Origin: an uncultured delta proteobacterium
Lineage (GTDB): Bacteria; Myxococcota_A; Polyangia; Polyangiales; Polyangiaceae
Assembly: GCA_963716725.1 (NCBI GenBank)
Contig: CAVQUB010000015.1
Location: 192,001 to 256,000 of the forward strand
Reading direction: 5' to 3'
DNA: 64,000 nucleotides
Position numbers and translations under genes: made by a program. The notes beneath the pieces were generated by a model. The model did no database searches. It was not told where the DNA came from and worked only from the letters and a program-made list of their open reading frames with translations. Of the stretch, positions 30,442-41,592 are shown piece by piece (the first letter of the stretch is position 1; the number at the start of each line of letters is the position of its first letter).

Positions 30442-31269
30442 GCCGACGTCGACCACGACTGCCAGCCAGAGCGCGCGCAGCACGACCAGGCACAGCACCA
30501 CGAGCTGATGCACGACCGTCACGCCGATCAGGCGTGATACTCCGGGCTGGCTCACGTCCAGGAGACCGACCAGTGGAGCCGCGAGCAGCGGGAGCGTGAT
30601 GGAGCACGCGGCGATCAGGAGCCACGGGCCCGCGAGCGCCAGCGGGCGGGAGCGGGCGATTTGCACCGCCCGGCGCAGCGCCACGGCCAGCGGCGCGTTT
30701 TTCATCATTTCGCCGCGCACGAGATCCTCGTAGACGCCCAGGGCGCACACCGGCAAGAGCACCACCAGCCCCAGCGTCACCCCAGCAAGATCGGCGCGAG
30801 GTTCAGACCACGACGAGCCGAAGTGGCGGGCGAGTCGGGTGAGCGCGATGGCGCCGGCACCCAGGAGCACGCCTTGGCAGAACAGGCGGGCACCGAAGGT
30901 CAGGAGGAAGCGCGGAAAGAGCTCCACTCCGCGCCGAATCCATTGGGCGGGGCCGGTCGGCTCCTTTTCCGCGAGGGCTGCAAAGAGGGCGGCGGCCGGG
31001 ATCAAGGACAGCGCCCCCAGGACGGTACCGATCAGGAGCGCGCCTTTGATTTCGGAGGCGAGCACGGTCGACGAGAGCCGCAAGGACTCGATCAGTTCGA
31101 GCCCGCCGGCCTCGAAGAGGATCGCATCGCCACGGGGGTGGTTGCGGGCGACGACGCTGCTGAGCGCCCGCGCGATGGGGCTCACCACGATCCAGGCCAC
31201 GAGCAACCGGAGCAGGTACACCAGCGCGATGGCGCGGGCCGCACGGCGGGTGGTCCGAAATGCGCTCAT
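30334..31269 (-). CDS. Hypothetical membrane protein
   Basis: About 6 hydrophobic segments; ATGA overlap with the M1 peptidase stop. Confidence 0.7.
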   Translation of the reverse strand: MSAFRTTRRAARAIALVYLLRLLVAWIVVSPIARALSSVVARNHPRGDAILFEAGGLELIESLRLSSTVLASEIKGALLIGTVLGALSLIPAAALFAALAEKEPTGPAQWIRRGVELFPRFLLTFGARLFCQGVLLGAGAIALTRLARHFGSSWSEPRADLAGVTLGLVVLLPVCALGVYEDLVRGEMMKNAPLAVALRRAVQIARSRPLALAGPWLLIAACSITLPLLAAPLVGLLDVSQPGVSRLIGVTVVHQLVVLCLVVLRALWLAVVVDVGSAPSAERLAVDLEVAASGPVPAQIEAHDAAPEPRQ

Positions 31270-33191
31270 GGCCCCACGAGCCCCAGCCCGAGCGCCGCCG
31301 CGTAGCTGAGGCGTTCGAGGGTCCGGTGACCGAACTCCGAGCGCTTGCGGAGCGAGTTGTTGGCGAAGGTCTCGTCGAGCAAGATCCGGCGCTCGGGATC
31401 GACGATCGCGGCGATGACCTCTTCCTGCCCAGTCACGTCGATCGTGGTCCAGTCGTCGTCACCAGCCCAGCGCCGCCGCTCCGTCCGCCCGCCCTCGAAG
31501 ATCAGGTCGATATCGACGGGGAATCTCAGGCTGCCCTTTCTGCGAACGAGGGCGCGGCACGAACGGGCTTTTTGCTCGGTGCCTTGCTGGCGCGGCGCCA
31601 CGCAGTCGAGTTCGGCGAGCTCGTAGTCCACCCAGCCTTTGTCGAATAAGGCGGCTCTCAACGCGGCGTGGGCGTCGGGTCCCACCTGCCGGCGCACCTC
31701 CTCGAGGAAGCTCTTGGGCCCGGGATGCCCGAAGCGTTCGTTCTGGGTGTAGCTGGCAAAGGCCCGGTCGAGGGCCGAATGGCCCCACACGTTCCCGATG
31801 GTCTCGAGGGCGATGGCCGTGCGCGCGTAGACCAGCGCGCCGATGGAGTTGAAGCTCGCGAAGCGCGCTGCAGGTTGCGCAATGGGGTGATCGTGACCTG
31901 CCTGAACCGCGATGGCCCGTCGCGCCGCAGGACCGCTGACCCTCAGCCCGGCCAGCGAAGTCAGGGACCCTGAGCCGAAATGCGCCTCCATGGCGCGCAT
32001 TTCCGCAAATGTGGTCAGTCCTTCGTCCAAGAAGGGCCAGTCGTGCTCGTTGGAGGCCACGATCCCCTGGAACCACTGGTGACCCAGCTCGTGCACGGTG
32101 ACGCTTTCGACCATGCGCAGACCCGAGTGCGCGGCCCACCATGGGCCGCCGGTGGTGATGAAGGTCGGGTACTCCATGCCGCCGGCGTCCTGCGCGTGTT
32201 CGGGCGGATGCACGACGGTGAGGGTCGGGTGCGGGTAGGCGCCGTACATGCGGTTGAAGCGGGGCAACGCGAAGCGCACCGCATCGGCGGTGACTCTGGC
32301 GTTGGCTTCGTGTCCGGGAGGGTAGAGGAAGCGCACGTCCACGTTCTCGATGCGCTCGCTCCGCTCGCGAAAGTCCGGCCAGGCCGTCCAGGCAAAGTCG
32401 TGGACGGCGTCGGCCTCGTAGCTCGAGCGCTGGCGGTTCCCGGAGCGCTCCTGCCGCGTCTGGCGCCCCGTCGCGCCCACGACCATGTCGCTGGGCACGT
32501 CGAGCGTGACCTGGTAGCGGCCGAAGTCCGCGTAGAACTCGGCTTGGGGGTGGAAGGCGAAGTGAGCCCAACGCCCGTCGGGTTCGCGACGCGCGAGCTT
32601 CGGGAACCAGTGGCCGACCAGATGAAATGAGCCCGAGTATCCAGTTCGTTCCACGATTCTGGGCAGGCGGCTGGTCCACTCGAAGTCGATGTGGAGCGTG
32701 GCGCCGGAGGCGACCTCGGAGGGCAGGGGGAGGACGATGTCGGTCTGGTCCAGCGGGTCGCCGGGGCTGTGAGGCGCGGCGCGCGGCCACAGGTCTTCGG
32801 CGCCCAGCTCGCGGATCGAGAGCCGCGAAACGTCGATGTAGCCGGGGTCCGAGCCGTGATTCCCGCTACGGCCGGCGCCGAAGGGTGAGCGAAGGAAGAC
32901 GGTCTGGTCGTTCTTGAATGCGTTCAGGTAGAGGTGAAACCAGAGTTCGTTCGTCGGCTCGGACGAGTGGTTGGTCCATACCAGCGTGCCCTTGCCGGTG
33001 ATCCGGTGGTTCGGCACGTCGAGAATGGCCTCGAGCTCGTAGGACGCGAGGCGCGCCGGCGCATCGCGCGCGCCGCGGTCCGCTGGCGGCACTGGTGCTG
33101 ACTGGGCCAGGCTCTCGGCGCTTGCGCCGACGAGCGCCAACCCGAGCACCACGAGACAGGCGCCGCCGAGGGCTTCAGCGAGGCGCGACAC
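31266..33191 (-). CDS. Secreted M1 family metallopeptidase
   Basis: Signal peptide; FHLYLNAF, GGMEYP, HELGHQWF...LDEG. Confidence 0.9.
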   Translation of the reverse strand: MSRLAEALGGACLVVLGLALVGASAESLAQSAPVPPADRGARDAPARLASYELEAILDVPNHRITGKGTLVWTNHSSEPTNELWFHLYLNAFKNDQTVFLRSPFGAGRSGNHGSDPGYIDVSRLSIRELGAEDLWPRAAPHSPGDPLDQTDIVLPLPSEVASGATLHIDFEWTSRLPRIVERTGYSGSFHLVGHWFPKLARREPDGRWAHFAFHPQAEFYADFGRYQVTLDVPSDMVVGATGRQTRQERSGNRQRSSYEADAVHDFAWTAWPDFRERSERIENVDVRFLYPPGHEANARVTADAVRFALPRFNRMYGAYPHPTLTVVHPPEHAQDAGGMEYPTFITTGGPWWAAHSGLRMVESVTVHELGHQWFQGIVASNEHDWPFLDEGLTTFAEMRAMEAHFGSGSLTSLAGLRVSGPAARRAIAVQAGHDHPIAQPAARFASFNSIGALVYARTAIALETIGNVWGHSALDRAFASYTQNERFGHPGPKSFLEEVRRQVGPDAHAALRAALFDKGWVDYELAELDCVAPRQQGTEQKARSCRALVRRKGSLRFPVDIDLIFEGGRTERRRWAGDDDWTTIDVTGQEEVIAAIVDPERRILLDETFANNSLRKRSEFGHRTLERLSYAAALGLGLVGP

Positions 33192-34002
33192 CGGTGCCGA
33201 GCCCGATGACCTGCTGCTCGAAGAGCGTGTACACGATGCGCAGCGCGTCCAGCCGAGGCATGCCGCTGATGTCGAGGAGCTCTTCGATGGTCGAGGAGCC
33301 GTCCACGAGCGACAAGAGGAATCCGGCGCGGTGGTCGAGGTTGAGCCAACGAACCTGGTCGGCTGGGATTGCGACGTACACCGGTTGGTCGAGGGATCCG
33401 AGCCGAGCCGAGTACATTTGCACGAGCACGTCGCGACAGCTGTCGGCGAAACGCAGCGCGTCGGCGTGGGTCGGACTGCCATCGAGCAAGGTTTCGGCCA
33501 AGACCAGCGCGCCAGTGAAGTCCCCTGCCGCGTAGCGGTCGCGCATCTGGGTCTCCAGCGGCTCGTCCACGGGGGGCGCCATGGGCGTCTCGAGGTCGAG
33601 TTCGAGCTCGCGTGCGGCGCTCCCGAGCTGCATCGGATCCGGCGACTTGGTGGAGGAGCGGTGGAGCTGAAGGTCGTCGACGTGGCTGTCCCGCATCGGC
33701 TCGTCCATCTCGAGGTCGGGGACCTTCGGGGCCGGCGCGGGGGTCGGCTTGTCGGTGGGTCGGTCCTCGCGGGGCTGCACGCCGGAGCGCTCTTCGGGCT
33801 CTTCGGCGTGCTGCATCGCACGCCGCACGTACTCGGACGGCGGCTCCGGCGGGATCGCCGTCACCCGGTCGAACTCGCTGTGTTCGAACTCGGGCACCGC
33901 CTGCAAGTTGGGGATCGGGATCTCTCCGCTGGCTTCGTCGTCGTCCCACGCCAGATCGATCAGATCGATCTCGGGATTGGGTTTGCCGCCTTCGTTTCCC
34001 AT
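33175..34002 (-). CDS. Hypothetical protein with acidic disordered N-terminus, TPR-like helix pair and C-terminal winged helix
   Basis: LDHRAGFLLSLVDGSSTIEELLDISGMPRLDALRIVYTL. Confidence 0.7.
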   Translation of the reverse strand: MGNEGGKPNPEIDLIDLAWDDDEASGEIPIPNLQAVPEFEHSEFDRVTAIPPEPPSEYVRRAMQHAEEPEERSGVQPREDRPTDKPTPAPAPKVPDLEMDEPMRDSHVDDLQLHRSSTKSPDPMQLGSAARELELDLETPMAPPVDEPLETQMRDRYAAGDFTGALVLAETLLDGSPTHADALRFADSCRDVLVQMYSARLGSLDQPVYVAIPADQVRWLNLDHRAGFLLSLVDGSSTIEELLDISGMPRLDALRIVYTLFEQQVIGLGTGVAPR

Positions 34003-34006
34003 GACT

Positions 34007-35834
<1,828 letters not shown>

Positions 35835-35869
35835 GTCTGCCTTTCGAGAGCTTCATTCGTGCCGCGTTT

Positions 35870-37351
35870 TCAAACATCACCGCGTTTGATGCGTTTTATC
35901 CAGTCTTTGACCGTATCATCCCCCGGAGCCATCTGCGCAACCCGCTCGAATTCGGCCAGGGCGCTCTCTTTCATGCCGGCTTTGACGTAGATCTTCGCCA
36001 GCGTCTGCCGCGGTTCCACCGATTTGGGCGCCAGGGCGACTGCCTTGCGGGCCATGTCCCCGGCCTTGCGCATGTCGCCGTCGCCCTCGTACAGGCAAGT
36101 CGCGATCTTGTCGAAGATGTTCGGGCTCGGCTTGCCCCGGGCCACCTTCTCGTAGGTCGCCGCCGCCTCCAGCCAGTGCTTGTTCGTCTCCTCGTACTTC
36201 GCTTGTTCGAGGTAGGTGTCGGCCAAGAGGGCCGCGGCCCGCTCCTGCACCTCGTCGAAGCGCGATTTGAGCGCTGCGTCGTCCGGCGCCAGGGTCACGG
36301 CGATGCGCAAGGCGTTGGCAGCCGAAATGACGTCGCGGGTGGCCATCGAGGCGTCGGCGGCATCGATGTACTTCTGCACCTGGTTGTCCCGAGCCTGGCT
36401 CAGCCGAGCTTCATAGCGGCGCTTGAGGTCATCGGCGACGTGCTCTTGGATCGCGGCGCGACTCACGCCCGAAGGAGGCGCGGAGGTCCTCGCCGCCGGG
36501 GCCATGGACCCGCGGAGCTTGCGGGCGAGGGAGCGTCGCCGTTCCTCCGGATCCGAAGCGGCCGGGGGGGACGAGGCGCTCGGGGGAGCGTGGCTGGCGC
36601 GCTCGGACACCCGGGCTTCTTGCTCGATGCGCTGGCGGACGGACTCCATCTCGAGGGACTCGACGCGGAAGGAGCGCTCGAGCTTCTTGGTGCGCTGCTG
36701 AACCGCGAGGTAGGCGTCGTATTCCGATCGCGACTGCGGCCGGGACAGGACGTCTTGCGCTTCGGTCAAACGCTGGAACACGCGTTCGAGCTTGGTCTTG
36801 AAGGTCCCGAGCTGTTTTCCGAAGTATTTGTCGGGGTGGAAGATGCCGACGACCTTGAAGTAGGCCTCTTTGATCTCCTTCTTCTCGGAGGTCGTCGATA
36901 CGTCGAGCAAGTCGTAGTGGGTGGTGCTGTCCAGGCGGTAGTAGTAGTCGAGGATCTTGCGTCTGCGCGGCAGATCGATCTCGACTTGCTCGTCGAGCTC
37001 CGCCGGATCGTAGAGCGCGCCCGCCGGATGTTCGGCGTCCGGGTGTTCCGCGGACTTGGCTTCGATGACCGGATGGGACAGCCGGACGCCGGGCGGAACC
37101 GAGGAACGCTCGGGCGGTGGCCGTGAGTTCTCGATCACGCTCGCGTACTGAACCGCACCGAGCTCCACCAGTCGCTTCAGGCTCTTCTGCACCTTGCCGC
37201 CGTCGAGCCCCGTGGCGGCGGCGATGTCCGCCTCGCTCGATCGGCCGTCCACGCGCGTCAGCACGAAGGCCTCTTCGGGTCCGATGGGCAGCGAGCGCAT
37301 GTCCACGCCCTCGACCAGGCGCGGGGCTTGACCCTCTTCACGCGGCGGCAC
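35870..37351 (-). CDS. J-domain protein with N-terminal winged helix and C-terminal TPRs
   Basis: HYDLLDV..EIKEAY...FHPDKY J domain; TPR-like C-terminus; start uncertain (37300-37429). Confidence 0.85.
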   Translation of the reverse strand: MPPREEGQAPRLVEGVDMRSLPIGPEEAFVLTRVDGRSSEADIAAATGLDGGKVQKSLKRLVELGAVQYASVIENSRPPPERSSVPPGVRLSHPVIEAKSAEHPDAEHPAGALYDPAELDEQVEIDLPRRRKILDYYYRLDSTTHYDLLDVSTTSEKKEIKEAYFKVVGIFHPDKYFGKQLGTFKTKLERVFQRLTEAQDVLSRPQSRSEYDAYLAVQQRTKKLERSFRVESLEMESVRQRIEQEARVSERASHAPPSASSPPAASDPEERRRSLARKLRGSMAPAARTSAPPSGVSRAAIQEHVADDLKRRYEARLSQARDNQVQKYIDAADASMATRDVISAANALRIAVTLAPDDAALKSRFDEVQERAAALLADTYLEQAKYEETNKHWLEAAATYEKVARGKPSPNIFDKIATCLYEGDGDMRKAGDMARKAVALAPKSVEPRQTLAKIYVKAGMKESALAEFERVAQMAPGDDTVKDWIKRIKRGDV

Positions 37352-37418
37352 TGGTGCTCGATCTCCCGGGGGCCAAAATACAGCGATAGCGTAGTGCGCG
37401 GGCCGTCCTTTCTGCAAA

Positions 37419-38294
37419 TCAGCCCGCACGCGCCGCCGTCATCCACAACCACCAGCCCGGCGCCCGGAGAATTGCCGCGGAGAGCGCATCGGCAACGCGT
37501 TGCGTCATCCGGGTCGCGCAGCCGTCGCCGTCGGCCAGCCGGCGCACGTCGAGGCGGAACGCGCTGCCGCCCGGCAAGGGCTCCAGAGCGCAGACCAGCA
37601 CCGGAACCCCAGCCGCGCGGGCGAGCCGGGCCGGCCCCGCGGGCATCGCATGCGGCTGCTTCAGGAACTCCACCGACACGCTCGGCACCCGTGTTGGCAG
37701 GTCGGGCAGCACGCCGACGAGTTGCCCGCTGCGCAGCGCCCGCACGATGCGAATGGCGGCGCCTGGGCGCCCCCGGTGGATCACCGCGACTCCGTGGGCA
37801 ACGCGGTGCGCGTCCACGTGGCTGTCGAGCGCCGGATCGTAGCTCTCGCGCACCACGACCGCTGGCGATAGGCCGAGCTCGGCGACGGCGGGCGCCACCA
37901 GCTCGAAGGGACCCAGGTGCGCGCTCACCACGACCGCGCCGCCCGCCCGCTGGAGCTCGCGACGAGCGTCGTCGTCGATCACGACCCACGAGCTCGCTCT
38001 CGCGCCGGGACGACGCAGCAGCAACGTCACCGCCAGGCTCGTGCCGGCGTTGACGAAACACTCCCGCGCGACGCGTTCGGCTTCTGCTTCGGGCAGCGAG
38101 CGCCTGGCGCGCTCCCTCGCGCTCCGGGCGAGTCCGGGCGCAAGCCAGGGAAGGAGCCGTCCGGCGGAGCGACACGCGGCGAAGAGCAGGCGGGGAGGCA
38201 GCCGATCGGCGACCGCGAGCAAGGCCACCACCACGCTGCGAATCAGCGCGTTCTTGAGCCGCTGGCGAGGTCCCCAGTCGGCTGGGGCGCTCAT
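37419..38294 (-). CDS. Lysophospholipid/lipid A acyltransferase family (HtrB/LpxL-like)
   Basis: SAHLGPFE (HxxxxE), RALRSGQLVGVLPD, VEFL, GPARLA, WLW. Confidence 0.85.
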   Translation of the reverse strand: MSAPADWGPRQRLKNALIRSVVVALLAVADRLPPRLLFAACRSAGRLLPWLAPGLARSARERARRSLPEAEAERVARECFVNAGTSLAVTLLLRRPGARASSWVVIDDDARRELQRAGGAVVVSAHLGPFELVAPAVAELGLSPAVVVRESYDPALDSHVDAHRVAHGVAVIHRGRPGAAIRIVRALRSGQLVGVLPDLPTRVPSVSVEFLKQPHAMPAGPARLARAAGVPVLVCALEPLPGGSAFRLDVRRLADGDGCATRMTQRVADALSAAILRAPGWWLWMTAARAG

Positions 38295-38722
38295 GGGCCG
38301 CAGCCGCGGCGTAACTTCTCGCTCGCGGAGTCGACTCGGCTCTTGGCCTTCACGCAACGCCCGCCGGGATCGGCGGGGCCGTTGAGATCGCAGATGCGGG
38401 CGGCCGAGCGTCGCATCGAGTCCAGGGCCTTGCGCGCGACCTCGCAGTCCGGTGTCGTCCCGAGCGCGCTCGCGAGGTCTCCGGAGTGACGATCGAGGGT
38501 GGCTTCGGCCTCGTCCATGGAAGCCAGGGCCGGCTGAGCAAAACCTGGGCTGGGGCTCGGCTGCTGGCTCTCGGAGTTCTTGAACTCGGCGCGTTCGTCG
38601 CTCGACGACGGAGCCTCCGCGCCTGCGCCCGGAGCTGCCGGGGGCGCGGACTGCCGGCCCGGCGAAGCGCACGCCACGGAGACCATCGCCAGCGCACTGG
38701 CCAGGGCCCAGCGCGAACTCAC
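38291..38722 (-). CDS. Small lipoprotein
   Basis: SVAC lipobox; four spaced Cys; overlaps both neighbours. Confidence 0.7.
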   Translation of the reverse strand: MSSRWALASALAMVSVACASPGRQSAPPAAPGAGAEAPSSSDERAEFKNSESQQPSPSPGFAQPALASMDEAEATLDRHSGDLASALGTTPDCEVARKALDSMRRSAARICDLNGPADPGGRCVKAKSRVDSASEKLRRGCGP

Positions 38723-39301
38723 GGGCCGCCTTCCTTTTGAGACGTGGCCCGCTCAATCACCTCTGCCTGGATCGACATCGACTTCTCGAAGGCGTCGAGC
38801 GCGCGCTTCTTTGCGGCCTCTGCGCCGCTCGCGTCGCCCTTGGACCCGAGTTCCTTGCCCAGGCGTTCTTCGACCAAGCCGCGGATCTCGAACAGGTGGC
38901 CGCGGAAATACGTGGTCTCCTCGGCGAGCGCCAGACCACGCTCGACGTCCTTCGCCGCCGGGTCGTGCCGACCGAGCTGGCTCTTCAGAATCCGCGAGCC
39001 TGGCCAGCGAGTCGGCCATCACCTCGCGGACCTCGGCCGGGGCCGCTGCTCCGCCGCCGCCCGGCGCGGGGCCGTCCACGAGCCGTTGTAGTGGTTCGAT
39101 GGCCTGCTCGAGCGCTCCGGCTTCTTCGTGGCGATCGGCGATGTGGTGCGCGCTCTTGGCCCGCGACAAGAAGGCGAGCAGCACCGGGTCGACCGGCGTC
39201 CCGGCGCCGCCGCTGGGGGGGCCATCGCCGCCGCCCTTGCTGCAACCGGTGCTCAGTCCGACGAGCGCCAGGAGCACGAGCACGAGCACGAAGCGTGACA
39301 T
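38719..39301 (-). CDS. TPR-like lipoprotein; 1-nt frameshift at ~38989
   Basis: STGC lipobox; removing one base gives ARLADLKSQLG...YFRGHLFEIRG...QKEGGP* with a GTGA overlap into the next gene. Confidence 0.75.
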
Positions 39302-39909
39302 CAGCGCACCCCCCACAGGGCATAGCGATTGGAGCGCAGGTCCCGCGAGCGAGCGAGCGCGATGCGATCGACTCGCGCCGTCGTCGCACCCGACTCGAAC
39401 TTCTCGGTGAACATGCCCGCGGTCGAGCGTGACACGGCCAGCTGCTCGGCGCGTTGGGCGAGCTCCACGCCGGCGTCGCTGTCGAGGGCCGGCCCGATCA
39501 CCAGAAACCACGAGGCCGCCAGGGCCAGGGCTGCGGTCGCTGCTGTTCCGAAGGCCACCACCACCAGCTTGCGGCCGCGCGCCGAGCGCCGCCCGAAGAT
39601 CTGGCTCGCGACGCGCTCTGCGTCGAGCGCGCGCAGGGCGGGTGGGCAGGCCGCTGCGCGCAAGGCGCGCGCCAGATCGGCGGAAGCATGGCTCGCGTTG
39701 CCGTCGAGCGCGTCGCGCAGGCGGGCGCTCTCGGCGATTTCTTCGTCGGTGGGCGGGGCGAGGGGGTCTTCGAGCGCCGCGGCGATCAGCGCCTCGTTGA
39801 CCGCTTCGTCGAGCAGTCCGGGGGCGAAGGCGGCGCGCACCGCCCGGGCGAGCTCTTCTTCCTGCTCCTCCGGCAGTAGCGCCAGGTCATCGTGGGAGTC
39901 GTGCTTCAC
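39301..39909 (-). CDS. Putative membrane-bound anti-sigma factor
   Basis: Directly downstream of and overlapping an ECF sigma; single TM. Confidence 0.55.
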   Translation of the reverse strand: MKHDSHDDLALLPEEQEEELARAVRAAFAPGLLDEAVNEALIAAALEDPLAPPTDEEIAESARLRDALDGNASHASADLARALRAAACPPALRALDAERVASQIFGRRSARGRKLVVVAFGTAATAALALAASWFLVIGPALDSDAGVELAQRAEQLAVSRSTAGMFTEKFESGATTARVDRIALARSRDLRSNRYALWGVR

Positions 39910-40625
39910 GACCCACCTGCGTCGCTGGCGAGGGCCTTCTTCAACGCGGCCATCGCGCGGTGCAGTACCACGTCGAAGGTGGCCACGCTGACCTCGAGCT
40001 GTTTCGCGGCTTCCTCCCGCGAGCGCTCTTCCAGGACCCGGAGCCGGATCGCGGTGGCGTAGCGCGGGTTGAGTCGCCCGAGCAGCGCGTCCACCCGGCC
40101 ACGGGCCTGGGCCAGATCGTGCTGCTCGATGAGGTCGGCCTCCCGCGAGTCATTCGCGGCGTCGTCGATCTCGCGTTCGACGTCCGCAGGCTCGAACAGC
40201 ACCTCGCGCTTGCGTGCCCGGAGCTGATCGAGCGCAGTCCGCAGCGCCACGACGCGCAACCAGGGGTAGACCCCGACGCTCTGCCAGGTGAACTGGTCGA
40301 AGCGCTCGACGACCTTCATGTAGGTGGCGCTCAGGGCCTCCTCGGCCGCGGCGGCGCTGCCCAGCCGCGGCAAGAGCACGCTGCGGTACAAGCGTGGGCC
40401 GTAGCGCCGGAGCAGCGTCCCAAGCGCTTCTCGGTCTCCGGCCTGGGCCTGCACGGCGAGCACGCGCTCCTCCTCGAGCTCCTCCGGGTCCCGTTCCAGC
40501 ACTGCGGGGACTCTACACGGGGGCATTGGCCCGAACAGCCCTCCGAAGAGCCGCCACGCGACCTGGCCGACCCCCGCCGCCACGGCGGTCGGGGTCATGG
40601 GGGCCGGGAGGCACAGGGCGGTCAT
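39906..40625 (-). CDS. ECF RNA polymerase sigma factor
   Basis: AQAGDREALGTL.RRY, AEEAL, WLRVVALRTALD.LR (region 2); LNPRY..AIRLR..E.S.EEAA..L.VS..T....LHRA (region 4). Confidence 0.9.
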   Translation of the reverse strand: MTALCLPAPMTPTAVAAGVGQVAWRLFGGLFGPMPPCRVPAVLERDPEELEEERVLAVQAQAGDREALGTLLRRYGPRLYRSVLLPRLGSAAAAEEALSATYMKVVERFDQFTWQSVGVYPWLRVVALRTALDQLRARKREVLFEPADVEREIDDAANDSREADLIEQHDLAQARGRVDALLGRLNPRYATAIRLRVLEERSREEAAKQLEVSVATFDVVLHRAMAALKKALASDAGGS

Positions 40626-40745
40626 GCCCTCGGAACGTCGGGCGGCCCCTCCAGCTTACGCCCGTTCGTTCAGTGCCTCGGATTTGCCGATGCCAGAGAA
40701 AAAGGCTTGCCAGCGGGGGCCGCGGCCTAAACATTCCCGCTCGCC

Positions 40746-41591
40746 TTGGCCTCCGGCTCCAGCATTTGCCCCCACTGCGGTGGTTTGAACTCCGTCGACG
40801 AGAAGGCGTGTTTTCGCTGCGGTCAGCGCATGCCTGGCCCCGCAGGGCGCGCGGCGATGGGTCTGATCACCACGGCGCTCGGCCGCGAGTTTCCGCTGAC
40901 CAAGCTGTACGTGATCCTCTGCGTCGCGGTCTTCGTCATGATGGTGGTCACGACCAAGCAACTGCAGATGCTCGGCGGTGTTCGCCCGTCGGAGGCGCTA
41001 CGCTGGGGGGCGCTCTTCGGCACCCTCGGCCGCGAAGAACCTTGGCGCTACCTCTCGGCGATGTTCGTGCACTTCGGCGCGCTGCACGTCGGCTTCAACA
41101 TGATGGCGCTCTGGGACTTCGGTCGCGCCACCGAGCAACGGCTGGGCTCCGGGAGGTTCACGCTGATCTTCATCGGGACCGGAGTGGCCGGTTTCATCGC
41201 CAGCGACCTCTGGTACGCCTTCAGCGGCGCTCCGGCCCTGACCGCGGGCGCCAGCGGCGGTCTGTTCGGGGTGATCGCCGCGCTGATCGGCTACCTGTAC
41301 GCCGCGAAAGACCCAGCCTGGAAGCAGTTCCTGATGCGCGTGGTGGTCTACGCCGTGATCTTCGCGGTGGCGCTCTCGGTCAACAACGCCGCCCACATCG
41401 GCGGCTTTGTGACCGGGTTTCCTCTGGGCTACGCCTTCTACAAAGAGCGCTCCCCGTGGAGCCGGAACAAGATATTCGGTGGTGTGGCGGCCCTGCTGGT
41501 GGTGGCCAGCGCGGCTTCGATCGTGCTGTGTCACACCTCGAACGTGTGGAAGGAAGTGCGCCAGCACGAGTTGATGCGGGGGCGGGACTGA
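40746..41591 (+). CDS. Rhomboid intramembrane serine protease with N-terminal zinc ribbon
   Basis: CPHC..CFRC; WR...MFVH...H..FNM; GASG; HIGG. Confidence 0.93.
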   Translation: MASGSSICPHCGGLNSVDEKACFRCGQRMPGPAGRAAMGLITTALGREFPLTKLYVILCVAVFVMMVVTTKQLQMLGGVRPSEALRWGALFGTLGREEPWRYLSAMFVHFGALHVGFNMMALWDFGRATEQRLGSGRFTLIFIGTGVAGFIASDLWYAFSGAPALTAGASGGLFGVIAALIGYLYAAKDPAWKQFLMRVVVYAVIFAVALSVNNAAHIGGFVTGFPLGYAFYKERSPWSRNKIFGGVAALLVVASAASIVLCHTSNVWKEVRQHELMRGRD

Positions 41592-41592
41592 A